Origin: Clostridia bacterium
Lineage (GTDB): Bacteria; Bacillota; Clostridia; Oscillospirales; CAG-272
Length of the DNA stretch: 52,630 nucleotides
Assembly (NCBI GenBank): GCA_017522125.1
Contig: JAFXAC010000063.1
Location: 1-52,630 of the forward strand
Direction of reading: 5' to 3'
The position numbers were made by a program, and so were the translations under genes. Numbering within the stretch: position 1 is the stretch's first letter; each line of letters begins with the position of its first letter. Below, one piece after another: positions 35,628-45,350 of the stretch. Below the pieces are notes generated by a model. The model did no database searches. It was not told the DNA's origin and saw only the letters and a program-made list of their open reading frames with translations.

Positions 35628-36647
35628 ATGGAATTTACCACTACGGCACGCGTACTGCGCGGAGTCGGCGGACTTTATCTTATAAGGCTTGCCGACGGCG
35701 CGGCTCATAGCGAAAAATACCCCGACACGCCCTCCCCCCTTGCGGGTAGGAGCGTCCTTTGCCGCGCGCGCGGCTCGATACGGGGCGGCGGCAAGCTGAT
35801 GGTGGGCGACCTCGTTACCGTGAAATACACCGACGCGTCCTTTGAGCTTTCAGGTGGCACAGCCGTGCCGTGCGACGACGCCGCGGGACTGCCAAACACG
35901 GCGATAGAGTCGATATTGCCGCGCAAAAACGCGCTTATCCGTCCGCCGCTTGCAAACCTTGATTTTATATTTATCCTCTGCGCGAGCGCCGCGCCCGCGC
36001 CCGCGCCCGAAACCATAGACAAGCTCCTTTCCGTCGCGGAATACCACGGCATCGAGGCGGCGCTCATTATCGGCAAAAACGAGCTTGACGGCGAAAAAGC
36101 CGCCGAGCTTGAGAGCGTCTACACCCGCGCGGGATACAGCGTTTTCTCGCTCTCGTGCGTAACGGGCGAAGGCATAGAGCGCCTTGAAAAATTCGTATCC
36201 ACCGCCCTCGTCGGCAAGATATCCGCGTTTGCGGGAGCGTCGGGAGTCGGAAAAAGCACGCTGATGAGCCGCCTTTTCCCCTCGCTCGCGCTTGAAACGG
36301 GCGAGATAAGCCGCCGAACCGAGCGCGGCAAGCACACCACGCGCACCGCCGAGCTTTTTCCAATTTCGGTAGGCGATGGCGAGGGCTTTCTTGCCGACAC
36401 GCCAGGATTTTCACTTGTCGACTTTGAAAACTTTGATTTTCTGCCGTTTTCCGCCCTGCCGTCCACTATGCGCGAGTTCGCGCCGTACCTCGGAAAATGT
36501 CAGTATGACGATTGCACGCACACGAAGGATCAGGGCTGTGCCGTGCTCCGCGCCGTGGAAAACGGCGATATCGCGCCCTCGCGCCACGAAAGCTACCTTT
36601 CGATGTACCGCGTGCTGAAGGCTAAAAAAAGCTGGGAGAAAAAATGA
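35628..36647 (+). CDS. rsgA: Ribosome small subunit-dependent GTPase
   Basis: RPPLANLD, GASGVGKS, RGKHTTR, DTPGF, C....C.H.....C zinc finger. Confidence 0.93.
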   Translation: MEFTTTARVLRGVGGLYLIRLADGAAHSEKYPDTPSPLAGRSVLCRARGSIRGGGKLMVGDLVTVKYTDASFELSGGTAVPCDDAAGLPNTAIESILPRKNALIRPPLANLDFIFILCASAAPAPAPETIDKLLSVAEYHGIEAALIIGKNELDGEKAAELESVYTRAGYSVFSLSCVTGEGIERLEKFVSTALVGKISAFAGASGVGKSTLMSRLFPSLALETGEISRRTERGKHTTRTAELFPISVGDGEGFLADTPGFSLVDFENFDFLPFSALPSTMREFAPYLGKCQYDDCTHTKDQGCAVLRAVENGDIAPSRHESYLSMYRVLKAKKSWEKK

Positions 36648-37270
36648 AAGCGTTTATCTATATCGGCGGGGCGATACACCCCGACACCATAACCGCGCAC
36701 CCCGCGGGTGACGACCTCGTTATCGCGGCGGATTCGGGCTACGAAAACGCCCTTGCCCTCGGTGAGAAGCCGTCCATTCTCGTCGGTGACCTTGACTCGC
36801 TCAAAATGGACGTCCCCGACGGCGTGGAGCTTGTGCGCTTGAAGCCCGAAAAGGACGTTACCGACACGCAGGCGGCGGCGCATATCGCCATACGCGAGGG
36901 CGCAACTGCCATCACCTTTATCGGCGGTCTGTCGGGCAGGCTTGACCACACTATGTCAAATCTTTCGCTCCTTGAGGAGCTGAACGCGCAAAATATCTAC
37001 GCCATCATCGACGACGGCGCGAACCGCGTGCGCTTTATCCGCAATTCCTCGGCGCTTATCGGGCGCAGTCATTACAAATATCTGTCCGTGCTTGCCGCCG
37101 ACGATAAGGTAAAGGGCGTGGACATCGACGGCTGTAAGTATAATCTTAAAAACGCCGTCATCACGCGGCGCGACCAATACGGCGTGAGCAACGAGATAAC
37201 GGGAAATTGCGCCCTTATCGCCGTGAAAAAGGGCGGCGTTTATATCGTCGAATCGCGCGACGCGAAATAA
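36644..37270 (+). CDS. thiN: Thiamine diphosphokinase
   Basis: AADSG, VGDLDS, EKDVTD, GRLDH, GVSNEI. Confidence 0.92.
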   Translation: MKAFIYIGGAIHPDTITAHPAGDDLVIAADSGYENALALGEKPSILVGDLDSLKMDVPDGVELVRLKPEKDVTDTQAAAHIAIREGATAITFIGGLSGRLDHTMSNLSLLEELNAQNIYAIIDDGANRVRFIRNSSALIGRSHYKYLSVLAADDKVKGVDIDGCKYNLKNAVITRRDQYGVSNEITGNCALIAVKKGGVYIVESRDAK

Positions 37271-37272
37271 AG

Positions 37273-37303
37273 TGAACTTATTTGCCCCCACGGCGCATAT
37301 ACT
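37273..37303 (+). promoter_or_regulatory. Possible mother-cell sigma-E/K type promoter
   Basis: CATATACT -10-like element (37296-37303) upstream of the small ORF and spoVM. Confidence 0.45.
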
Positions 37304-37331
37304 TTAGCAGTAGAGCTTGCGGGAGGCAGAT

Positions 37332-37484
37332 ATGAGAAGCACGAAAAGATTATGTAAAACGGTTGGCGCGCTTGCCCTGGCGTTTGGCGCGGGGATATTT
37401 CTGTCCTTTCTCCTGCCCGGGCGCGCCCTCGCCTTCGTTGAGGCGGCGGCACTGCTTACCGCAGGCTTTTTCCTACTGAAATAA
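37332..37484 (+). CDS. 50-aa two-TM small protein (not in the ORF track)
   Basis: GGGAGG RBS; MRSTKRLCKTVGALALAFGAGIFLSFLLPGRALAFVEAAALLTAGFFLLK. Confidence 0.75.
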   Translation: MRSTKRLCKTVGALALAFGAGIFLSFLLPGRALAFVEAAALLTAGFFLLK

Positions 37485-37499
37485 TTCAGGGAGCTTGTG

Positions 37500-37583
37500 A
37501 TGAAGATAGTAATAATGCGCTCACCGGGGCTTCTCGCCCCCATACTCCGCCGCTTTTTCGGCATAAAGAAAAATAAAAAATAA
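37500..37583 (+). CDS. spoVM: Stage V sporulation protein M (not in the ORF track)
   Basis: MKIVIMRSPGLLAPILRRFFGIKKNKK: 27 aa, Pro9, amphipathic helix; GGGAG RBS; rsgA-thiN-spoVM order as in Bacillus subtilis. Confidence 0.85.
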   Translation: MKIVIMRSPGLLAPILRRFFGIKKNKK

Positions 37584-37593
37584 ATATAATGAA

Positions 37594-37740
37594 GCTTTTT
37601 GCATAGCAAAAAGCCACCTTAACATTTTGCGCAAGCAAAATATTTCACATTTGCCGTAAGGCAAATATTTCACACGGCGAAGCCGTATTTCACCCATTCC
37701 GCAAGGAATGGATTTCACTGAAAACACCGCAGGTGTTTTC
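37594..37740. repeat. Modular mini-hairpin repeat (right-arm type)
   Basis: gctttttgc..gcaaaaagccacctt followed by atttcac-linked hairpins. Confidence 0.9.
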
Positions 37741-37753
37741 CAAAGGAAGTAAA

Positions 37754-39706
37754 ATGTCAAACAACACCTTTCTCCCCATCAGCCGAGCCGATATGGAGGC
37801 GCGCGGCTGGGACAGACCCGATTTCGTATACGTCAGCGGTGACGCCTACGTGGACCACCCGTCCTTCGGCGTTGCCATAATCTCGCGCGTGCTTGAGGCG
37901 GCGGGCTTCCGCGTGGCTATTCTCGCACAGCCCGATTGGCGCTCCACGGACGATTTTCGCCGCTTCGGCAAGCCGCGCCTCGGCTTTCTCGTTACAGCGG
38001 GCAACGTCGACTCGATGGTGGCGCATTACTCCGTTTCGCGCCACCGCCGAGGCTACGATTACTATTCCCCCGGCGGAAAAATGGGACTGCGCCCCGACCG
38101 CGCCTCGATAGTGTACTCAAACTGCATTCGTCAGGCGTACGGCGACGTGCCGATAATACTCGGCGGACTTGAGGCGTCCCTTCGCCGCTTTGCCCACTAC
38201 GATTATTGGGAGGACAGAATGCGTCGCTCGCTCCTTATCGACAGCCGCGCGGACCTTCTGACCTACGGAATGGGCGAAAACATAATTTTGCGCATAGCGC
38301 GTCTGCTTGACAAGGGCGTTCCCGTAAAGAAGATACGCGACGTGCGCGGCTCGTGCTACGTCTGCTCCGCAGACGCGCCCGAGCTTCACTACGAGGTGGC
38401 GGCTGAATTTGATTTCGAGCAGCTTAAAAACGGCGGCAAGCCCTACGCCGATGCGTTTGCCGCGCAATACCGCGAGCAGGACGCAATTTCGGGACGCGCG
38501 ATGACCGAAAGGTACGGCGACAAGCTCTTGGTACAAAATCCACCGATGCCGCCGCTTGAGCGCGACGAGCTTGACCGCGTATACGCCCTGCCCTACACGC
38601 GCCGCGTCCACCCCGTCTACGACAAGGACGGCGGCGTTCCCGCGATTGCCGAGGTCGCGTTCTCGATAACGCACAACCGCGGCTGCTTTGGCGCGTGCAA
38701 TTTCTGCGCGCTCGCGTTCCACCAAGGGCGCACCGTGCGCTCGCGCAGCGTCGAAAGCGTGGTCGCAGAGGCGCGGCTTATTACGAAAATGCCCGATTTC
38801 AAGGGCTATATTCACGACGTGGGCGGTCCGACCGCGAATTTCCGCGAGAGCGCGTGCGAAAAACAGCTCACTCACGGCGTTTGCGCCGCAAAGCGTTGCC
38901 TTGCGCCAACCCCGTGCAAAAATCTGCGCGTGGACCACAGCGAGTACAAGCACCTGCTTGAAGAGGTCGAGGCGGTCGAGGGCGTGAAAAAGGTGTTCGT
39001 GCGCTCGGGAATCCGCTTTGACTACCTGATGCTTGACACCGACGACGCATTTTTCAAAAAGCTCGTGCGCGACAACGTAAGCGGTCAGCTTAAGGTCGCA
39101 CCCGAGCATTGCTCCGCCGCGGTGCTTGGACTTATGGCGAAGGCGGATTTCTCCGTCTACCGCCGCTTCCGCGAAAAATTCTTTGCCCTCTCGCGCGAGT
39201 GCGGCAAGGAGCAATATCTCGTTCCGTATCTTATGTCCAGCCACCCCGGCAGCCGCCTTTCCGACGCGGTGGAGCTTGCGCTCTACCTAAAGCGCGAGGG
39301 GCTTAACCCCGAGCAGGTGCAGGACTTTTACCCCACGCCGGGCACGGCGTCGACCGTTATGTTTGCGACGGGAATCGACCCCTTTACGGGCAAGAGCGTG
39401 TACGTCGCGCGCGACGGACGCGAAAAGCGCCTACAGCGTGCGCTATTGCAGTTCAACCGCCCCGAAAACGCGCCCCTCGTGCGTGAGGCGCTCGTCGCGG
39501 CGCACCGCGAGGACCTTATCGGAAACGGCAAGGACTGCCTCGTGCGCGCGGGCAGACTGCCCGACGGTAAATCCGTCGGCTTCGCCGTCGGACAAAACGT
39601 CGGCGCAGCACCCAAATCACAAGCCCCGAAGGGCGCGAGTGCGAAGAAAAGCAAAAAGACCTCGCTTTCCAAGCACCTCGGAAACCGAAAAAAGGCTAAA
39701 AAATGA
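37754..39706 (+). CDS. ygiQ: YgiQ family radical SAM protein
   Basis: GDAYVDHPSFG, RGCFGACNFC, DVGGPTAN, QDFYPTP. Confidence 0.92.
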   Translation: MSNNTFLPISRADMEARGWDRPDFVYVSGDAYVDHPSFGVAIISRVLEAAGFRVAILAQPDWRSTDDFRRFGKPRLGFLVTAGNVDSMVAHYSVSRHRRGYDYYSPGGKMGLRPDRASIVYSNCIRQAYGDVPIILGGLEASLRRFAHYDYWEDRMRRSLLIDSRADLLTYGMGENIILRIARLLDKGVPVKKIRDVRGSCYVCSADAPELHYEVAAEFDFEQLKNGGKPYADAFAAQYREQDAISGRAMTERYGDKLLVQNPPMPPLERDELDRVYALPYTRRVHPVYDKDGGVPAIAEVAFSITHNRGCFGACNFCALAFHQGRTVRSRSVESVVAEARLITKMPDFKGYIHDVGGPTANFRESACEKQLTHGVCAAKRCLAPTPCKNLRVDHSEYKHLLEEVEAVEGVKKVFVRSGIRFDYLMLDTDDAFFKKLVRDNVSGQLKVAPEHCSAAVLGLMAKADFSVYRRFREKFFALSRECGKEQYLVPYLMSSHPGSRLSDAVELALYLKREGLNPEQVQDFYPTPGTASTVMFATGIDPFTGKSVYVARDGREKRLQRALLQFNRPENAPLVREALVAAHREDLIGNGKDCLVRAGRLPDGKSVGFAVGQNVGAAPKSQAPKGASAKKSKKTSLSKHLGNRKKAKK

Positions 39707-39746
39707 CCTTTTTCGCCCGTTCAACACATAAAATTCACATTAAAGA

Positions 39747-39775
39747 TTGACAAACTATTGATAATGTGTTAAAAT
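39747..39775 (+). promoter_or_regulatory. Sigma-A promoter
   Basis: TTGACA-17 bp-TAAAAT. Confidence 0.7.
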
Positions 39776-39829
39776 AAAAACTAAATATAGACTGCATAAA
39801 TACATAAGCAGTCGGAAAGAGGACTTTAA

Positions 39830-41395
39830 ATGAAGAAATTACTTATTATGGTAGGCTGCGCAATCATTGCGATAGCAATGCTCGTAACTGCTGTTTCCTT
39901 CCTCCTTTCGGGATCTCCCTATGATGAGATAGAGGCTATCCACTCCATTATCTACTCCCCCGAGGAAAAGGAAGCTTACGTGCTTTACAATGGTGAGGTA
40001 GTGGGCTCGCCCATCGAGTGCGATAAGTACAGCATCAAGGGCTACTCCGATGACCGCACCGTTTGCTTCTTCTCCACCACCAGCGGTGAGGGCGAGGACC
40101 AAGAGGTAAAGTATTACGTCGTTAACGAGGACGAAATTATCGCACTGCCCGACAACGACCTTGACTACGGTGCTATGTCCGCCGACGGCAAGAATATAAT
40201 TGCGGCAGAAACCACCGAAAACGAAGACGGCTCCCCGGAAATGACCTTCTACATCTACAACATAGGCGACCAGAGCAAGACCGAGTTCAAGTACTCGGGC
40301 GATATTCTTGACGAGGTTGAGCTGTCCAAGAACTTCGACTCCATTCTTTACACCTCTATAAGCGGCGAGGGCGAGGAAAAGACTACCTCCCTCTACCTTT
40401 ACACCGATGGCGAGAACGTAAAGCTTGCATCTGATATGTACCCCGTTGCAGTTTCCGACAACGCTAAGTACATTTACGCATATTCAAAGGAAAAGACCGA
40501 GGAAAAGGACGATGAGGGCGACAATGACTACGATTTCTCCTTCGACTTAACTTCCTCCACTAAGTACACCCTTTATATGCTCACTAAGGACGGCGAAAAG
40601 ACCAAGATCGCCGATGAATTTGACCGCTACTCTCAGTCCTTTAACAAGGATATGTCCCAGATGCTCTTCACTGCCGCTGATAAGGCATACTTCTACGAGA
40701 ACGGCGGCGAGAAGGTTAAAATAGCCAACAATGCTGACAGCATTTACGCTATGACTCCCTCCGCAGTTGCTTCGCTTGAGGACTTCTGCGGCGCTCCCGT
40801 TATAATTTACAACTCCTCCTCATCCTCCGCCAGCATTTACCGCGTAGAGGATAACGAGGCTGCTATCGAAAAGCTTGCCAGCGACGTTTCCAGCCGCTAC
40901 CGCTACCTCACCAACGACGGCGAGACCATCTACTTCCTTAAGAACGGAAGCCTTCGCCGCATAAGCGTTGACGATGCATCCAGCGATGAGATCCTCGTTA
41001 AGGACGGCGTAATCCGTATTCTCGTTTCCAATGACGGTGAGAACGTTTACATCGTAGATAAGGACGACACCCTCTACTACGTTGATGATTCGGGCGAGAC
41101 TTCGAGAGTTGCTGACGACGTTGAATCGGTAGAGATGACCATCGACGGCATAGTTCTTTACACCGACGAGGACGACGTTCTCTACTACACCGAGGACGGC
41201 GACAAGGGCGAAAAGATAGCTGATGACGTTTGCGAGTTCGAGGTTACGCTTGGCACTGTAATATACTTTGCTGACAAGAACTCCTCTACGGGACACGCTT
41301 CCGCCTTCATCGGTGACGACGGCACGTCCTTTGAAAACGTTGCAAGCGGCAAGGAATTCCGCCGCATCAGCGCTGATTACGATTACGATTATTAA
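39830..41395 (+). CDS. Acidic membrane-anchored extracellular protein, probable beta-propeller
   Basis: N-terminal TM; repeated LY....G...K(I/L)A.D(V) units; very Asp/Glu rich. Confidence 0.7.
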   Translation: MKKLLIMVGCAIIAIAMLVTAVSFLLSGSPYDEIEAIHSIIYSPEEKEAYVLYNGEVVGSPIECDKYSIKGYSDDRTVCFFSTTSGEGEDQEVKYYVVNEDEIIALPDNDLDYGAMSADGKNIIAAETTENEDGSPEMTFYIYNIGDQSKTEFKYSGDILDEVELSKNFDSILYTSISGEGEEKTTSLYLYTDGENVKLASDMYPVAVSDNAKYIYAYSKEKTEEKDDEGDNDYDFSFDLTSSTKYTLYMLTKDGEKTKIADEFDRYSQSFNKDMSQMLFTAADKAYFYENGGEKVKIANNADSIYAMTPSAVASLEDFCGAPVIIYNSSSSSASIYRVEDNEAAIEKLASDVSSRYRYLTNDGETIYFLKNGSLRRISVDDASSDEILVKDGVIRILVSNDGENVYIVDKDDTLYYVDDSGETSRVADDVESVEMTIDGIVLYTDEDDVLYYTEDGDKGEKIADDVCEFEVTLGTVIYFADKNSSTGHASAFIGDDGTSFENVASGKEFRRISADYDYDY

Positions 41396-41410
41396 TTGAT
41401 CGGTTAATAT

Positions 41411-41437
41411 AAAAACGGCGCGTAAGCGCCGTTTTTT
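41411..41437. terminator. Bidirectional intrinsic terminator
   Basis: aaaaacggcgc-gtaa-gcgccgtttttt. Confidence 0.8.
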
Positions 41438-41460
41438 AAACCTATTTTAAGGAGAATACT

Positions 41461-41982
41461 ATGGATTTTTTGGAAATTTCCCCGCGCGAGCTTGAATGCT
41501 CCAACGCCTTTAATATGATAGGCAAGGAGTGGTTTCTCATCTGCGCCGCCGATGCGGAGCGCGAGTGCGGAGCAAACGCAATGACGGCAAGCTGGGGGTA
41601 TCTCGGCAATATGTGGAACAAGCCCTCGGCGGTGTGCTTTATAAGACCGCAACGCTACACCTACCCCTTGGCGGAGCGCGCCGAGCGCGTGTCGCTGTGC
41701 TTTTTCGGTGAGGGCGAGCGCGAGATGTTTTCGTACTTCGGCACGAAAAGCGGCAAGGACGGCGACAAGGCAGCCGCGTGCGGATTGCACTACGACTATA
41801 TCGACGGCGTGCCGTATATCAGAGAGGCAAAGACCGTGCTTATCTGCCGCAAGCTCTACGTTGACGACCTGCGCGAGGAATGCTTTACCGACAAGAGCAT
41901 AATTTCCTCGTTCTACAAGGCGGGCGACTACCACAGGATCTACGCCTGCGAGATAGAAAAAGTGCTAAGTGCAAAGTGCTAA
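41461..41982 (+). CDS. Flavin reductase family protein
   Basis: NAMTASWG, IRPQRYT, GTKSGKD.DK, YHRIY. Confidence 0.88.
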   Translation: MDFLEISPRELECSNAFNMIGKEWFLICAADAERECGANAMTASWGYLGNMWNKPSAVCFIRPQRYTYPLAERAERVSLCFFGEGEREMFSYFGTKSGKDGDKAAACGLHYDYIDGVPYIREAKTVLICRKLYVDDLREECFTDKSIISSFYKAGDYHRIYACEIEKVLSAKC

Positions 41983-42186
41983 GTGCAAAGTTAAGGAAAA
42001 AAGTGGTTGAAGCTAAAGCTTCAACCACTTTTATTTTTATAAATTGATTTTTTCTACGAAAAACCTTAGTGTAGGTGCTTATTAATGCATTTTAAATTAA
42101 ATGAAAATTTCCGAGCTAAGCGAGGAAATTGTCCTTAACTTTGCACTTTGCACTTTGCACTGTAAAAACGGCTTTGCCGTTTTTAC
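41960..42186. repeat. Modular repeat with inverted heptamer arrays at both ends
   Basis: (aagtgc[t/a])4 on the left, (ttgcact)3 on the right, central ggttgaagc..gcttcaacc hairpin, terminal gtaaaaacggc..gccgtttttac. Confidence 0.88.
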
Positions 42187-42492
42187 TTATTCTTCCTCGT
42201 CGTCCTCGAAGTCAAGCTCGTCAAGCTCGTCGCAATCGCAGTCACAATCGCAGTCGCAATCGCAGTCGCAATCGTCGTATACGAACTCCTCGACCTCGCC
42301 GAGGTCCTGATCGATCTCCTCGATGTACTCACCGAGGTACTCGATATCCTCGTCGATCTCAGCGATAGCGTCGCTCATCTCGCCGAGAAGCTCGATCATA
42401 GCGGCAATAAGCTTGCCCTCTGCGGTGGTCTTATCGTAATCAAGGCCGTCTGCAAGGCCCTTGAGATATGCTGCCTTTTCAGTAAGTGCCAT
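42187..42492 (-). CDS. CD1247-N-terminal-domain-like acidic protein with a (DC)n tail
   Basis: AAYLKGLADGL...EGKLI...IEEIDQDL; lies directly downstream of efp. Confidence 0.8.
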   Translation of the reverse strand: MALTEKAAYLKGLADGLDYDKTTAEGKLIAAMIELLGEMSDAIAEIDEDIEYLGEYIEEIDQDLGEVEEFVYDDCDCDCDCDCDCDCDELDELDFEDDEEE

Positions 42493-42510
42493 TTTTGCTA
42501 CCTCGCTTAA

Positions 42511-43074
42511 TTATTTGCCTGCGCGAGAGAGATACTCGCCCGTTCTGGTGTCGATCTTAAGGATCTCGCCAACCTCGATAAAGAGGGGAACCTTGACCTC
42601 TGCACCCGTTTCAAGAATAGCGGGCTTGAGGGCGTTGGTTGCGGTGTTGCCTGCAAAGCCGGGGTCGGTGTCGGTAACCTCAAGCTCAACGAACGTGGGG
42701 GGCTCAACGCTGAATACCTTGCCCTTGTAGGAAACGAGCTTGCACATCATCTCTTCCTTAACGAACTTGAAGGAATCGGGAAGAACGTCAGCGTTAAGGG
42801 GAGTCATCTCGTAGGACTCCATATCCATAAAGTAATAAAGCTCACCGTCGTTGTAGGAATACTGCATATCGCGTCTTTCGATGAAAGCGCTGTCGAATTT
42901 ATCGGTAGGGCTGAAGGAACGCTCGATCACGGCACCCGTGATGACGTTCTTCATCTTGGTGCGGACGAAAGCCGCGCCCTTACCGGGCTTTACGTGCTGG
43001 AACTCGATAACCTGAAATACGTTACCGTCCATTTCAAATGTTACGCCGTTTTTAAAATCGCCGGCTACTACCAT
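42511..43074 (-). CDS. efp: Elongation factor P
   Basis: [31 protein letters not shown]. Confidence 0.97.
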   Translation of the reverse strand: MVVAGDFKNGVTFEMDGNVFQVIEFQHVKPGKGAAFVRTKMKNVITGAVIERSFSPTDKFDSAFIERRDMQYSYNDGELYYFMDMESYEMTPLNADVLPDSFKFVKEEMMCKLVSYKGKVFSVEPPTFVELEVTDTDPGFAGNTATNALKPAILETGAEVKVPLFIEVGEILKIDTRTGEYLSRAGK

Positions 43075-43196
43075 GTTAATATACCTCCGTGGTTTTGGTT
43101 TTTTGTCTGGGTATTCATACTTACATATATTTTATAATATTTTCGCTCGGATTGCAATAGCTTTTTATAACTTTTTCGTTATTTTCGCGCTTTTTA

Positions 43197-44396
43197 TCAG
43201 AAAAACTTTGCAAGTCCGCCCGTTGAGGTCTCTCTGTACTGATGTCCGAGGTCCTTTCCCGTTTCGTACATCGTGCGCACGACGGTGTCAAAGGATATCA
43301 TTCGCGTGCCCGTAAGGAAGTTTGCAAGCGAGAGCGCGTTTATCGCGCGCATCGCCGCAACGGCGTTTCGCTCGATGCAGGGTATCTGCACGAGACCGCA
43401 AACGGGGTCGCAGGTAAGCCCAAGATGATGCTCAAGCGCCATCTCGGCGGCGTACTCTATCTGGTCGATACCCATATCGAAAAGCTCGCAAAGCGCCGCC
43501 GACGCCATGGAGCAGGCAGTTCCTATCTCCGCCTGACAGCCGCATTCCGCGCCCGAAATGGACGCATTCTGCTTGACTATGTTGCCGATAAGTCCGCCCG
43601 TGGCAAGCGCGCGTATCATCTTTTCGTCGGAAAACGATTTCTTTTCCTGCATATACACAAGCACGCTCGGCACTACGGCGCACGCGCCGCAGGTGGGCGC
43701 GGTGACTATCCTCTCGCCCGCGGCATTCTGCTCGGCGGCGGCAAAGGCGTAGGCGCAGACCATACGGTTCTCGCGCGTTTCGGGACGCTCGTCGATGTGT
43801 CCGCGGTTGTAAAGGAGCTGTGCGACGCGCGTAACTCCAAGCCCGCCGGGGAGCGTGCCCGTGGTGGTCAGTCCCGCCCGTATCTCGTCCTTCATCGTGC
43901 GCCATACGTCGTAGAGAAAATCGCGTATCTCCTCGCCCTCGTGGCGGAAAACGTAATCGCAAAGGCGGATATTCTCCGACTTGCATATCGCGCTTATTTC
44001 GGCAAAGCTATTTTCCGCGTAAATTTCGGGCTTTTCTATCTCGGGCACGCCCTCGACGCGGATATCTCCGCCGCCGACCGACATTATGCGTCGACGCGCG
44101 ACCTCGCGCTCGCCCTCGTAGGCGATAAGGTCAAGCGTATTTGCGTGCGGAAGCTCCGTTTCGGGCGTTTTTGTATCAAAAATTATCTCAACGCCCGTAG
44201 GGGCAAGCGTTTCAATTATCGCCTTGTCGGTGCAATGCCCCTTGCCCGTCAGGGCGAGAGAACCGTAAAGTATAGCCTTGAACGAATCGGCGCTCGGGCA
44301 AAGCTCCTTGATATACAAACACGCGCGCTCGGGGCCCATGGTGTGCGACGAGGAAGGCCCGCGTCCTATTTTATAAAGCTCACGAAGGGATTTCAT
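43197..44396 (-). CDS. sdaA: Iron-sulfur dependent L-serine ammonia-lyase (single chain)
   Basis: GPSSSHTMGP, TAPTCGAC, SISGAECGCQAE, LGLTCDP, QIPCIERN. Confidence 0.92.
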   Translation of the reverse strand: MKSLRELYKIGRGPSSSHTMGPERACLYIKELCPSADSFKAILYGSLALTGKGHCTDKAIIETLAPTGVEIIFDTKTPETELPHANTLDLIAYEGEREVARRRIMSVGGGDIRVEGVPEIEKPEIYAENSFAEISAICKSENIRLCDYVFRHEGEEIRDFLYDVWRTMKDEIRAGLTTTGTLPGGLGVTRVAQLLYNRGHIDERPETRENRMVCAYAFAAAEQNAAGERIVTAPTCGACAVVPSVLVYMQEKKSFSDEKMIRALATGGLIGNIVKQNASISGAECGCQAEIGTACSMASAALCELFDMGIDQIEYAAEMALEHHLGLTCDPVCGLVQIPCIERNAVAAMRAINALSLANFLTGTRMISFDTVVRTMYETGKDLGHQYRETSTGGLAKFF

Positions 44397-44411
44397 TTTT
44401 ATTCTCCTTAA

Positions 44412-45341
44412 TTACATTATAAGTCCCGCAAGAAGTCCGCCGAGGAGTCCAAACAGGTAAAGTGCTGCGCAAAGGGCGATATTTTTCTTCATCGCACCCT
44501 CGCCGCGATTCATTTTGAAAAGAACGAGCAAGCCAACGCCGCCGTTGACGAGAAGCCCCGCCATCATCTCGCCGACGCTGATGATGCCGCTAAGGTAAAA
44601 CTCGGTAAGCACGACGGAAACGCTGCAGCTTGGGATAAATCCGACGAGCGCGGCGACCGCCTCGCCAAGCACGGGAAGGTCGGGCAGAATATCAACGAGC
44701 CTTTCCTCGCCGATGAAATGCACCGCAAGGCTGACCGCAAAGCTGACCGCGAAAATGAGGAGCGCGGCGCGCAGGGTGTGGCGAAGCGCGGGGCGTAGTA
44801 CGCCGTCGTGGCACTCACAGCCCTCGCGGTGGCACATTTCGTGTATCTCGATGCCGTATTCCTCGCCGTGGGAATGCCCGTCACAGCACTCGCCGTAGCT
44901 CTTTGCGTGATGCTCGCGCGGCTTGCGCTTTCTGTAAAGATGAAGCAAGCCGTCAAAGATAAATCCCGCAAGGACCGCGAAAATAAGCTTAAATCCGAGC
45001 GTTTTGGCGATAAGGTCAACGCGCCCGTTGCTGATAAGCACGGGGAGCATCTCGTCCGAGGTGGAAAGCAGTACGGCAAGGAAGGTTCCCGCGGTGATGA
45101 CTCTGCCCGCGTAGAGATTTGCCGCGCCGCCCGCAACGCCGCACTGCGGTATTATGCCAAGCACGCCGCCGAGAAGCGGGCCGACCCTTTTCGCGCCGCT
45201 GATGCGCGAGAGAGTCTTTTCCCTTGCGTGATGCTCCAGCGCTTCCATTGCAAGATACGTAAAGAACAGTATCGGAAGCATAAGCGCAAGCTCCCCAAGG
45301 CTGTGAAGCAAAACGTGAAGTATATCGTGAAGTATTTCCAT
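44412..45341 (-). CDS. Putative metal transporter (putative manganese transporter/ArsP_2-like)
   Basis: Multiple TMs, PQCG and PSCS motifs, STSDEMLP, His/Cys-rich cytoplasmic loop. Confidence 0.75.
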   Translation of the reverse strand: MEILHDILHVLLHSLGELALMLPILFFTYLAMEALEHHAREKTLSRISGAKRVGPLLGGVLGIIPQCGVAGGAANLYAGRVITAGTFLAVLLSTSDEMLPVLISNGRVDLIAKTLGFKLIFAVLAGFIFDGLLHLYRKRKPREHHAKSYGECCDGHSHGEEYGIEIHEMCHREGCECHDGVLRPALRHTLRAALLIFAVSFAVSLAVHFIGEERLVDILPDLPVLGEAVAALVGFIPSCSVSVVLTEFYLSGIISVGEMMAGLLVNGGVGLLVLFKMNRGEGAMKKNIALCAALYLFGLLGGLLAGLIM

Positions 45342-45350
45342 TTTTTCTCC

